From: Candidatus Cloacimonadota bacterium
Lineage (GTDB): Bacteria > Cloacimonadota > Cloacimonadia > G963667145
DNA length: 64,000 nt
Assembly: GCA_963667255.1 (NCBI GenBank)
Contig: OY762940.1
Span: forward strand, 1,523,897 to 1,587,896
Direction: 5' to 3'
Both the position numbers and the translations under genes were made by a program. A model generated the notes under the pieces. That model saw only the letters and a list, made by a program, of their open reading frames with translations. It was not told the origin of the DNA and made no database searches. Below are positions 10,182 through 19,300 of this stretch, piece by piece; within the stretch, counting starts at the first letter, position 1; each line of letters begins with the position of its first letter.

Positions 10182-10601
10182 ATGAAAATAAGTGCAAGAA
10201 ATTTGTTGAAAGGCAAAATCGCCTCAATCGAAAAAGGTGCCGTTAACTCCGAAGTTGTTTTGGAATTAGACGGCGGAACCCCCATCACAACTATCATCAC
10301 CAATAAATCCGTGGACAATTTGGCGATTTCCGTTGGCTCTCCAGCTATGGCTATCATCAAGGCCACTCATGTCATCATCGGCACAGGCGATGCCAAACTA
10401 AGTGCTAGAAATATTTTAGCTGGAAAGGTTGCCGGCATAGAAGTTGGAGCTGTTAATACGGAAGTGAGTGTTGAAATTGGCGGAGGAAATGTGATTACCG
10501 CTATGATTACCAAAAAATCTGCCGAAAATTTGGGATTGGCAAAAGGAAGCCCGGCCAAAGCTATTGTGAAAGCTTCCTCAATTATTTTGGCAGTTGACTA
10601 A
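10182..10601 (+). CDS. di-TOBE/Mop molybdate-binding protein (ModG-like)
   Basis: Two SARN...GAVN.EV...IT..S...L...G repeats; AGGAG RBS. Confidence 0.93.
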   Translation: MKISARNLLKGKIASIEKGAVNSEVVLELDGGTPITTIITNKSVDNLAISVGSPAMAIIKATHVIIGTGDAKLSARNILAGKVAGIEVGAVNTEVSVEIGGGNVITAMITKKSAENLGLAKGSPAKAIVKASSIILAVD

Positions 10602-10620
10602 TTTACAAGAAAAGTTACTC

Positions 10621-10650
10621 AAAAGACAGGCTGAAAAAGTCTGTCTTTTG
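10621..10650 (+). terminator. intrinsic terminator
   Basis: AAAAGACAGGCT-GAAAA-AGTCTGTCTTTT hairpin. Confidence 0.75.
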
Positions 10651-10664
10651 TTTATGTATTCAAA

Positions 10665-11531
10665 ATGAACTCTAAAATAAAAGCTCTCGTCAATACCCTT
10701 TTATGTGTTATATTGTGGGCACTTCTTCCTGTTGTTTCCAAATTGGGACAAACAAATCTCGATAACCATCAATTCCTTTTTTGGTCGAGCTTGGTTTCGT
10801 TCTTGATTTTTTTCGGAATAATATTGCCTCAGAAAAAAATAGAAACAATCGCAAAATTTTCCGTAAAAGACTGGGCTAATTCCATATTTTTAGGTTTCCT
10901 CGGTTCTTATTTGTATTACATATTACTCTATTTCGGATATGCAAACGCTCAAGGAATTGAAGTTTTGATAATTCAATTTTGTTGGCCTATTTTCGTGATT
11001 TTCCTTTCAATTTTCATTTTAAGAGAAAAAATAAATTCAAGAAAAGTGATGTCGGTTATTATAGGATTTTTTGGTGTCTTTTTGGTTTTGAGCAAAGGCA
11101 ACTTTGGAAATGTCCATCTTGAAAATTTATTCGTTGATGGCATAGTTTTATTTGCTGCATTTGTCTTCGGACTTTTTTCCGTTTTGAGCAAAAGAGTTAA
11201 AACCGATTCTCTGTCGCTTGTGACAATCTATTTTTTGTCGGCAACGATATTTTCTTTTTTTCCAATGATTCTGTTTTCAGACTTTAAGTTGCCAACCAGA
11301 GAGACAATTATGTCCATTCTACTCAACGGTGCTTTAGTAAACGGAATTTCGTATATTTTTTGGATAGAAGCATTGAAAAACGGGAAAGCATCTTTTATTG
11401 CCCCTTTTTTCTTTCTGACTCCTGTAATTTCCACAATACTACTAATCTTGCTTTTCAAAGAACCTTTCCATTTAATTTACCTGTTTGGAATGAGTTCAGT
11501 GATTTTAGGGGGTCTATTAAACAAAGAATGA
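10665..11531 (+). CDS. EamA/DMT family transporter
   Basis: About 10 TM segments with two EamA-like halves. Confidence 0.88.
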   Translation: MNSKIKALVNTLLCVILWALLPVVSKLGQTNLDNHQFLFWSSLVSFLIFFGIILPQKKIETIAKFSVKDWANSIFLGFLGSYLYYILLYFGYANAQGIEVLIIQFCWPIFVIFLSIFILREKINSRKVMSVIIGFFGVFLVLSKGNFGNVHLENLFVDGIVLFAAFVFGLFSVLSKRVKTDSLSLVTIYFLSATIFSFFPMILFSDFKLPTRETIMSILLNGALVNGISYIFWIEALKNGKASFIAPFFFLTPVISTILLILLFKEPFHLIYLFGMSSVILGGLLNKE

Positions 11532-11576
11532 ACTTCATATTGTAAAATAAACCAAATAAATAAAAAGGACAATAAA

Positions 11577-11596
11577 ATGCAATAACAACATTGCAT
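11577..11596. promoter_or_regulatory. perfect palindrome ATGCAAT-N6-ATTGCAT, putative operator
   Basis: Intergenic, 24 nt upstream of ATG 11621. Confidence 0.45.
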
Positions 11597-11620
11597 ACTG
11601 GTAAAAACAACATTAATACT

Positions 11621-12154
11621 ATGAAAAATCCCCAAACCTACATTCTCACCGGAAATTTCAACTCTGGCAAAACGAGTTTCCTAATAAAATTAATCGAAGT
11701 TTTAAAAGAGAAGAAAATAAAAATCAATGGAATTTATTGCCCAAAAGTTTTTGAGAACAAAAATTTTCTCGGCTTTGATGTTGTTGATATTCAGACAAAT
11801 AAGAGCGAGCCCTTCCTCCGCACTTACACCAACGGAACAACAGACAAAATCGGAAATTTCTATATTTACCAGCAAGGACTAAAATTTGGACTTGAATGCC
11901 TAAAGATTGCCAACGAAACAAAAAATCAAATTGTCGTTATCGATGAAATCGGCAGACTTGAGAATTGGGGAAAAGGCTGGGCAAGTGAATTGCAAAATAT
12001 GCTAAACCCCCAAAACAAACATCTTATTTTGGTAATCAACGAAGAGTATCTTGAAGAAGTAATTGACAAATGGAAATTTAAAAATACAAAAATTATCAAA
12101 ATTTCAAAAGAAGATTTTGTGGCAACAGCGAATCGAATAATTAGGGAGATTTAA
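11621..12154 (+). CDS. P-loop NTPase (NTPase_1/THEP1-like)
   Basis: ILTGNFNSGKT, GFDVVDI, VIDEIGRLE. Confidence 0.82.
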   Translation: MKNPQTYILTGNFNSGKTSFLIKLIEVLKEKKIKINGIYCPKVFENKNFLGFDVVDIQTNKSEPFLRTYTNGTTDKIGNFYIYQQGLKFGLECLKIANETKNQIVVIDEIGRLENWGKGWASELQNMLNPQNKHLILVINEEYLEEVIDKWKFKNTKIIKISKEDFVATANRIIREI

Positions 12155-12169
12155 AAAAGGGAGATTCAC

Positions 12170-13276
12170 ATGCAAGAACAATTTTATATGCCGGTAAAAA
12201 CAATCATCGGTAGAGACTGCCTAAAAAATAGCAGTGAATTTTTGCAAAAATACGGCAAAAAAGTGCTCATCATTTGCGGTTATAAATCCGCTGATGAAAA
12301 CGGTGCCATCAACGATGCCACTCATGCTCTAGGAAGTGCCAATATCGCTTACGAAATATTTCGCGGAATAGACCCAAACCCAAGCATTGAGCAAGTCCAC
12401 CAAGTCTCAGAAATTGCCATCAAAGGTAATTGCGATTTTATCTTGGCGATTGGCGGTGGCTCTGTAATCGATGCCGCTAAAGCAGTGGCAATCCTCAGCA
12501 AAAACAAGCTGATAGACGACGAACTTTTCACTACAAAAAAATTCACCTCCGTGCTCCCCCTCATAGCTGTGCCTACCACTGCCGGAACAGGTAGCGAAGT
12601 TACTCAGTATTCCATCATCACCAACGATAAAAAGAAAACAAAAACCTCTATCGCTTGTGAACAAATTTTCCCCGAAATAGCTTTTTTGGACGGGAAATAC
12701 ATGAAAAATCTACCTTTTGAGACTACCGTCAACACAACTATCGATGCTCTGAGTCATGCTGTAGAAGGATACTTAGCTGTTAGATCTACGGCTTTGGGCA
12801 GAACCCTCGCTATAGAGAGCATTAAATTAATTGCACCCATCATCGTAAAAATGAAAGACAATTTACCTCTGACATTGAAAGACAGAGATACACTCCTCTA
12901 CGCTTCCATGTTGGCAGGTATCGTTATTTCTCAAAGTGGCACCACAGCAGTTCATGCCGTCGGCTACTCTCTGACCTACTTCAAACATGTTGACCACGGC
13001 AGAGCGAACGGACTTCTGATGCCCTACTATATGGAATTTTTGCACAAAGAAAGAAAAAACGATATTTCCAATATTCTATCAGCCTTAAATTTGCCCTCGT
13101 TAAACGAATTTAGAAATCTGTGTTTTTCATTGCTCACCCCCGAACCGCTAACAACAGAGGAAATAGACAAATTTTCTGAGATTGTCATCCAAGCGGGCAA
13201 CATCCAAAACACATCACCACAACCGACAATAAAAATCATAAAAGAAATGTTGATAGACGCCTCAAAAAAGGAGTAA
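12170..13276 (+). CDS. iron-containing alcohol dehydrogenase family protein
   Basis: GGGSVIDAAK, PTTAGTGSE, DALSHAVE, H...HG metal ligands. Confidence 0.92.
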   Translation: MQEQFYMPVKTIIGRDCLKNSSEFLQKYGKKVLIICGYKSADENGAINDATHALGSANIAYEIFRGIDPNPSIEQVHQVSEIAIKGNCDFILAIGGGSVIDAAKAVAILSKNKLIDDELFTTKKFTSVLPLIAVPTTAGTGSEVTQYSIITNDKKKTKTSIACEQIFPEIAFLDGKYMKNLPFETTVNTTIDALSHAVEGYLAVRSTALGRTLAIESIKLIAPIIVKMKDNLPLTLKDRDTLLYASMLAGIVISQSGTTAVHAVGYSLTYFKHVDHGRANGLLMPYYMEFLHKERKNDISNILSALNLPSLNEFRNLCFSLLTPEPLTTEEIDKFSEIVIQAGNIQNTSPQPTIKIIKEMLIDASKKE

Positions 13277-13279
13277 ATT

Positions 13280-14434
13280 ATGAAAAAAATATCTGTCTTC
13301 CTAAAAGGAATAATTTTAATTGCATTTGTAATAATCGCTTCATTTTTTTCTGTAAAAATTTGGAATGATAAACCTGAATCCATTGAATACTCTCATGAGA
13401 TTTATTTCGAAAATGAGATGACAGTTTCAGAATTTGGGGAGAAAAATAACCTCGATAGACCTCTGCTAAAAAAACTTTTTGAGCTAAATACAGAAAGCGA
13501 CTTGCAAAGGAGACTTGGCGACTTCAATTATTCTAAGGAAGCTGTTTCCGAAATAATAAAAAAAGCGACCGTTCTCCAATCTGAAGAAGAATCAAAGAAC
13601 TGGAAGAAAATCTTTTCCAAATTTCTGCTCTGGGTAATTTTCCTTTTTGTAATGTTCCTTTTCATTAAAAAAAAGAGATTAAATAATAGCCTAAGAATAG
13701 TTTTTTACGGTTTCGCTGTCCTACTTTTTGGAATAATCCTCGGTTCTGACCCAGGTCCTATGGGCACCATAAAAGATGCCATTATACTCTTTGGAACTCA
13801 TAAAGTAATTTTCCCCCCACGAATGATTGCCTTAGCATTTTTTCTGATTTTGGTATTTGTCGCTAACAAATTCATCTGCTCTTGGGGTTGCCAAGCAGGT
13901 ACATTACAAGATATTTTGTTCAGAATAAATCGAGACAAAGAAGACAAACCAATCATAAAACAATATAAAATCCCCTTTTTCGTTAGTAATTTAATTCGTG
14001 CTGCCTTTTTCTTAATTTTGACTGCTGTGGCACTTATCTGGGCATTCGACATTGTGGAGTTTATCGACCCGCTCAAACTTTTTAAACCGGAAAAATTAGG
14101 TGCTATCGGATGGATATTTCTTGGTGCTATGCTCTTTTGCAGCCTCTTTGTTTGCCGACCATGGTGTCATTTATTCTGCCCTTTCGGACTAATCGGGTGG
14201 TTAGTAGAAAAAATTTCAATCTTCAAAATCGTTGTCGATTACGATAAATGTATAGGATGTGGGGAATGTGCAACTGCTTGCCCCTCAACAGCCATGAGTT
14301 CAATTCTCAAAAGAGACAAAGTAATAGCTGATTGTTTCTCATGTGGTTCTTGCATAGAGGCATGCCCTGTAAATGCCATCGAATTTAAAAGAGGCAAACA
14401 ACTTAAACCGCCTAAAGACAAATTTAAAAAATAG
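13280..14434 (+). CDS. membrane 4Fe-4S binding protein (NapH/MauN-like)
   Basis: CSWGCQAG and WCHLFCPFG motifs; two CxxCxxCxxxCP ferredoxin motifs at the C-terminus. Confidence 0.85.
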   Translation: MKKISVFLKGIILIAFVIIASFFSVKIWNDKPESIEYSHEIYFENEMTVSEFGEKNNLDRPLLKKLFELNTESDLQRRLGDFNYSKEAVSEIIKKATVLQSEEESKNWKKIFSKFLLWVIFLFVMFLFIKKKRLNNSLRIVFYGFAVLLFGIILGSDPGPMGTIKDAIILFGTHKVIFPPRMIALAFFLILVFVANKFICSWGCQAGTLQDILFRINRDKEDKPIIKQYKIPFFVSNLIRAAFFLILTAVALIWAFDIVEFIDPLKLFKPEKLGAIGWIFLGAMLFCSLFVCRPWCHLFCPFGLIGWLVEKISIFKIVVDYDKCIGCGECATACPSTAMSSILKRDKVIADCFSCGSCIEACPVNAIEFKRGKQLKPPKDKFKK

Positions 14435-14569
14435 GAAAGCTTTCATTTTTTGAGAAGAAAATTTTGGATTGACAAAAATTGAAAGAAAATTCAAGAAACC
14501 TAGAGCATGCAGGTAGACAAAAGTATTGATTTACTCTTGGTTCTATATCATTCTCAAGGTGGAAATCTA

Positions 14570-15637
14570 ATGTATATTCAAACTACACATATTTGGTCTA
14601 GGCTTTTTAGCCCTATTTTTTTTATTTTTTATTTTTTCATATGGATAGGGACATTTCTTATTTTATTGCCTATATTCCCCAATAATTTTTTGATAATTTT
14701 TGCATTTATTGGTTCTTTTGGTTTTTCATTTATCGTATTATATTTTATTGGTGGTTTTTTCCATTATCTACAAACCTTTCTATATGTTAACATCAACCTT
14801 GGGACAAAGATTACATTTAAAGAAGCTAAAAGTTTAACATTTCTTTTTCTACCTAATGATGAAGGAACTTGGTACCCAATGAAGGGAATTAAAGAATTAC
14901 CAAAAGAATATAGGAGAAAAGTTTTATTCGAAAGTACAAAAAGAATTTGTGATGAAATGAATTATATTTTTGATTTGGAAGAATATTTCTCAACTATTGA
15001 AGAAAAAGAAGATTATTTTCCCATATTACCAGGACTTACTAATTTGATCTCTATGTTTAGTAAAATTGCTAAAAGTGATGGTATTATTACCAAAGAAGAA
15101 ATAGAAGTAATAAACAATTTTTTAACAAATACTTTAAAACTGAATAATTATGACAAAAAAATTGTTGTGGAAATTTTTAACAAATCTAAAAATAGTGATA
15201 TCCCTTTTGAATTCCATGCAAGAAAATTTATGGAATTTCATAATTCTGAACCTATTTTATTAAAAAATGTTATTCAACTACTAATTGATATTGGGTATAG
15301 CGATGGTATATTAAGCTCTGAGGAAAAAATTCTTTTGAAGGAAGCTTTATTAATTTTTAAACTGAAAGAAAGTGATTTTTTCTTTAAAGAGAACTCTTCT
15401 AATTTTAATAACACAACTAATTTAAAAAAAGACTATTTATATTATGCAAAAATTTTAGGTATTACTAATGAAATTACTAAATCAAATGTAAAAACTGCTT
15501 ATAGAAAATTAGTTTTAAAATATCATCCTGATAAAGTATCACATCTAGGCTTAGAAGCCATAAAAATTGCTGAATGTGAAATGAAAAAAATTAATGAAGC
15601 CTATGAATTTTTAAAAAAATATTTTACTGATTTATGA
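14570..15637 (+). CDS. AT-rich TerB + DnaJ domain membrane protein (DjlA-like, extended N-terminus)
   Basis: KIAKSDGIITKEE and SDGILSSEE TerB motifs; YRKLVLKYHPDK...INEAYE J-domain. Confidence 0.85.
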   Translation: MYIQTTHIWSRLFSPIFFIFYFFIWIGTFLILLPIFPNNFLIIFAFIGSFGFSFIVLYFIGGFFHYLQTFLYVNINLGTKITFKEAKSLTFLFLPNDEGTWYPMKGIKELPKEYRRKVLFESTKRICDEMNYIFDLEEYFSTIEEKEDYFPILPGLTNLISMFSKIAKSDGIITKEEIEVINNFLTNTLKLNNYDKKIVVEIFNKSKNSDIPFEFHARKFMEFHNSEPILLKNVIQLLIDIGYSDGILSSEEKILLKEALLIFKLKESDFFFKENSSNFNNTTNLKKDYLYYAKILGITNEITKSNVKTAYRKLVLKYHPDKVSHLGLEAIKIAECEMKKINEAYEFLKKYFTDL

Positions 15638-15646
15638 TACTCTCCT

Positions 15647-15751
15647 CACTCCACATCTTTATCATTAGCGAATAAACCATAGACAAAAAGTTTCATTGAA
15701 ATTAGTTGGTAGTTTGTGTAAGGAGTTTTAAGAAAATGCAAAAAGATATTC
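15647..15751 (+). repeat. direct repeat copy A of the rpmE upstream region and first 5 codons
   Basis: About 105 nt, roughly 9 differences by hand alignment from 16483-16588. Confidence 0.95.
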
Positions 15752-16164
15752 GTTGGCAACAAAGATTTATAAATTTTAAAAAAGCTTTCAAACAATTATC
15801 CAAATTTATTGAGCATAAAGAACTGAATGAAATGGAGAAACAAGGATTAATAAAAGCTTTTGAATACACCTACGAATTAAGTTGGAAAACTCTTCAAGAT
15901 TTGTTGAGAGAAAAAGGCTATAATCAAATTGCAGGACCAAAACCTGTAATAGAGCAAAGTTTTCAAGATGGCTATATCTCAAATGGTAAAGGCTGGATGA
16001 GAATGCACCAAAGAAGGAATTTGACAAGCCATGTTTATGATGAAGAGATCGCTAGCGAAATAATCGAGGGTATAAGAAACGAGTCCTTTTTTCTTTTACA
16101 GGATTTGGTAAAGAGATTAGAAAAAGAAGAATCCACCTATCAAAAGTCTTTGTTTGATGAATAA
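15736..16164 (+). CDS. HEPN-domain protein (HI0074-type nucleotidyltransferase substrate-binding / toxin)
   Basis: DIRWQQRF, GLIKAFEYTYELSWK, RNLTSH (RX4H). Confidence 0.9.
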   Translation: MQKDIRWQQRFINFKKAFKQLSKFIEHKELNEMEKQGLIKAFEYTYELSWKTLQDLLREKGYNQIAGPKPVIEQSFQDGYISNGKGWMRMHQRRNLTSHVYDEEIASEIIEGIRNESFFLLQDLVKRLEKEESTYQKSLFDE

Positions 16165-16462
16165 AAATGTAAATAGCGGTTTGAGTTGTGAAGACATAGA
16201 GAACATTGTTAAAATTATAAAACATTGTTCTAAAGTAAGCGAAATAATTCTCTTTGGCTCAAGAGCAAAAGGCAATTTCACTAATGGCTCTGACATTGAT
16301 ATCGCCCTAAAAGGTAACAATATTTTGCTCGATGATGTTCTTGATATCTCTATTGAGTTAGAAGAATTAAATCTACCCTATCGTTTTGATTTAGTTATTT
16401 TTAACCGCATAAAAGAAAAAGCCTTAATTGAACATATTTCAAGAGTGGGGATTATTTTATAA
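16157..16462 (+). CDS. minimal nucleotidyltransferase (MNT antitoxin)
   Basis: LFGSRAKGNFTNGSDID = GSX10DXD; overlaps the HEPN gene stop. Confidence 0.9.
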   Translation: MNKNVNSGLSCEDIENIVKIIKHCSKVSEIILFGSRAKGNFTNGSDIDIALKGNNILLDDVLDISIELEELNLPYRFDLVIFNRIKEKALIEHISRVGIIL

Positions 16463-16482
16463 AAAACAAACTCATTCCAACC

Positions 16483-16588
16483 CACTTCACATCTTTATCA
16501 TTGACAAATAAACCATAAACCAAAGAGTTGCATTGAAATTAGTTAGTAGTTTGTGTAAGGAGTTTTAAGAAAATGCAAAAAGATATTC
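16483..16588 (+). repeat. direct repeat copy B (native rpmE promoter/RBS; TTGACA at 16501-16506)
   Basis: Matches 15647-15751. Confidence 0.95.
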
Positions 16589-16782
16589 ATCCAAAATACG
16601 AAGAAGTCGAAGTTAAGTGTGCATGTGGCAACAGCTTCAAGACTAAAAGTTGTAAATGCGAAGACAGTGTGTTGCATACTGAGATTTGCTCGAATTGTCA
16701 TCCATTCTACACTGGCAAACAAAAGATTGTTGACTCTGCCGGTAGAGTGGAAAGATTTAAGCAAAGATACAACAAAAAATAA
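16573..16782 (+). CDS. rpmE: 50S ribosomal protein L31 (Zn-ribbon, Cys-containing type)
   Basis: [32 protein letters not shown]. Confidence 0.98.
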   Translation: MQKDIHPKYEEVEVKCACGNSFKTKSCKCEDSVLHTEICSNCHPFYTGKQKIVDSAGRVERFKQRYNKK

Positions 16783-16800
16783 TTATTATTTATTTTTACA

Positions 16801-16830
16801 AGACCTTAGGATAATAAGGTCTATTTTTTT
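16801..16830 (+). terminator. hairpin with T tract after rpmE
   Basis: AGACCTTA-GGATAA-TAAGGTCT-ATTTTTTT. Confidence 0.6.
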
Positions 16831-17775
16831 ATGAAACAAAAATTGGACAAAGCCGGTGGACAAGCGGTAATCAAGGGTGTGATGATGAAGTCAGGTAACA
16901 AAATCGCCACGGCAACTATCCGTCTTGACAAGACCATTGAGCTCCACCAAAGAGCTTTCAAAAGTCTGCAGAAAAAGTTCAAAGTGTTCGGCTTGCCTGT
17001 CATCAGAGGCTTTGTAAATCTGCTCCAAATGATGACGATAGGCTATTCCACTTTGCAATATTCAGCCGACCGTGCTATGCTGGACGAAGGCACTGCGATT
17101 AACAAATCCAAACTTAGAGAAAAAATCGAATCGGGCTTAACTTTCCTGATTTCGATACTTATCGGCTTGGGACTGTTTGTGGCTCTCCCCTATTTTGTTT
17201 CCGAACAACTACCAAATAGTGAAAACAATTTTTCTTTCAACATCATCGCTGGAATTATCCGCGTAATCCTTTTCCTTGTTTACTTGATAGCGATAAGTTG
17301 GCTGAAAGATATCAAAGAGATTTTCCAGTTTCACGGAGCGGAACACAAGACGATTAACTCCTATGAAAAAACCTCGGAACTAAATCCCGAAGACATTAGC
17401 AAAGAGACAAGAATCAATCCCCGTTGCGGGACAAGTTTCATCTTTTTGGTGCTAATAATCTCCATATTTTTGTTTTCCATTCTGGATAGTTTGGTCAGTC
17501 TGAAATTCGGCAGACCTCTTTTGCCAATCAGAATTGCTTATCACATTCTCTGCATTCCCATCGTTGCCGGAATTTCGTATGAAGTATTGAAGTTTAGCGA
17601 TAAACATATCGAGAATAAACTTGTTGCTTTTTTGATTAGCCCAGGGCTTTTGTTGCAACGGATTACCACCAAAGAGCCAACAATTGAACAAATCGAAGTG
17701 GCTGTTGTCGCACTGAAAGCAGCGTTGGATTTGCCAATAGATGCCACAATAAAACGAGTAGAAACAGATGTTTAG
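16831..17775 (+). CDS. DUF1385 membrane protein
   Basis: GGQAVIKGVMM, FHGAEHK, PRCGTSF, PGLLLQRITTKEP; usual rpmE-prfA context. Confidence 0.92.
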   Translation: MKQKLDKAGGQAVIKGVMMKSGNKIATATIRLDKTIELHQRAFKSLQKKFKVFGLPVIRGFVNLLQMMTIGYSTLQYSADRAMLDEGTAINKSKLREKIESGLTFLISILIGLGLFVALPYFVSEQLPNSENNFSFNIIAGIIRVILFLVYLIAISWLKDIKEIFQFHGAEHKTINSYEKTSELNPEDISKETRINPRCGTSFIFLVLIISIFLFSILDSLVSLKFGRPLLPIRIAYHILCIPIVAGISYEVLKFSDKHIENKLVAFLISPGLLLQRITTKEPTIEQIEVAVVALKAALDLPIDATIKRVETDV

Positions 17776-18832
17776 CAAAAAATTAGACAAATTAAAAACG
17801 GAACACGACGAATTAGCAAACAAGGTTTTAGACCGTAAACTTATGAGCAATCAACGAGAATACGGCAAAATCAGTTCCCGCTTCAACGAACTGGAAGAAA
17901 TCCTTGCTTGTGCAAATTCCGTGCAAAATTTGAACGAAGAGATTAAAGAAGCCAAAAAGATGTTGGATGCCGAGTCCGACAAAGAGATGATAGAGCTTGC
18001 CAGAGAAGAAATTGAGACCTTGGAAGAGCAATTAGAAACGAAAAACGAAGAATTGAAAAAGTTGCTTGTTCCCAAAGACCCCAACGACAAAAGGGACTGT
18101 ATCGTAGAAATCCGTGCAGGAACTGGTGGAGACGAATCTGGTCTTTTCGTGGGAGACTTATACAGAATGTACTCTTATTTCGCTGAGCAAAACAAATGGA
18201 AAAAACAGGTCATCAGCTCCAGCCCCAGTGGCAAAGGCGGTTACAAGGAGATAATTTTTTCTTTGAGCGGAAAAGATGTTTACGGCACTATGAGATTTGA
18301 GAGTGGAGTTCATCGCGTGCAAAGAGTGCCGGCTACAGAAGCCAGCGGTCGCATTCACACCTCCGCCGTTACAGTGGCTGTCTTGCCGGAAGCGGACGAA
18401 GTCGATATCCAAATTGACCCAAAGGATTTGAAAATCGATGTGTATCGCTCCAGTGGCAATGGCGGGCAATCTGTCAACACCACAGATTCCGCCGTGCGAA
18501 TTACTCACTTGCCGACCGACACAGTCGTAACTTGCCAAGACGAAAAATCACAATTAAAAAACAAAAATAAAGCGATGAAAGTCCTTTTGTCGCGACTTTT
18601 GGATGCCGAAGTAGCTGCTCAAGAAGCTGAAATTGCCAAAAACAGAAAAACACAAGTCGGCACCGGCGACAGAAGCGGGAAAATAAGAACCTACAATTTC
18701 CCGCAAGGCAGAGTAACAGACCATAGAATCAACCTGACACTATACAGACTGGAAGGCATCATGGGCGGAGATTTGGACGAAATTACCAATTCTTTACAAG
18801 TCGCCTATTACGAAGAGCAAGGCAAGGAGTAA
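17768..18832 (+). CDS. prfA: peptide chain release factor 1
   Basis: HRVQRVPAT (PxT), GGQSVN, IRTYNFPQGRVTDHR. Confidence 0.97.
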   Translation: MFSKKLDKLKTEHDELANKVLDRKLMSNQREYGKISSRFNELEEILACANSVQNLNEEIKEAKKMLDAESDKEMIELAREEIETLEEQLETKNEELKKLLVPKDPNDKRDCIVEIRAGTGGDESGLFVGDLYRMYSYFAEQNKWKKQVISSSPSGKGGYKEIIFSLSGKDVYGTMRFESGVHRVQRVPATEASGRIHTSAVTVAVLPEADEVDIQIDPKDLKIDVYRSSGNGGQSVNTTDSAVRITHLPTDTVVTCQDEKSQLKNKNKAMKVLLSRLLDAEVAAQEAEIAKNRKTQVGTGDRSGKIRTYNFPQGRVTDHRINLTLYRLEGIMGGDLDEITNSLQVAYYEEQGKE

Positions 18833-18838
18833 TTTCCC

Positions 18839-19300
18839 GTGGCAAAATACACTAAATTAGAAGAAAAAATCTCCGCAATGGAGAATAGAACTAATTTGGT
18901 TGAAATTTTACAATTTGCTCAAAAGGAGTTTTCCTACCTTTCATCAGAAACTCTGCAAAAAATCTCCGAGCTTACCAACATACCACTTACTCAAATATTC
19001 AGCGTTGCGTCTTACTACAGAAAGTTCAGACTCAATCCTGTGGGGAAGCACATTATCAAAATTTGCGAAGGGATGTCTTGCTATGTGAATGGTGCTGCCA
19101 AAATTAAACAAGCCGTGCTTTCCCATCTAAAAATAAAAGAAAACGAAATGAGCAAAGATAAATACTATTCCGTGGAGAAAAGTTTTTGTCTCGGATGTTG
19201 CACGCAATCGCCGATTATGATGATTAACGATAAGATTTACAGCAAACTTACTCCCGATGCAGTCGGCGAGATTTTGGATAAATTCAGAGCAAACCACTAA
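18839..19300 (+). CDS. NuoE/HydC-like [2Fe-2S] thioredoxin-fold protein
   Basis: VASYY, ICEGMSC...CLGCC..SP. Confidence 0.85.
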   Translation: MAKYTKLEEKISAMENRTNLVEILQFAQKEFSYLSSETLQKISELTNIPLTQIFSVASYYRKFRLNPVGKHIIKICEGMSCYVNGAAKIKQAVLSHLKIKENEMSKDKYYSVEKSFCLGCCTQSPIMMINDKIYSKLTPDAVGEILDKFRANH

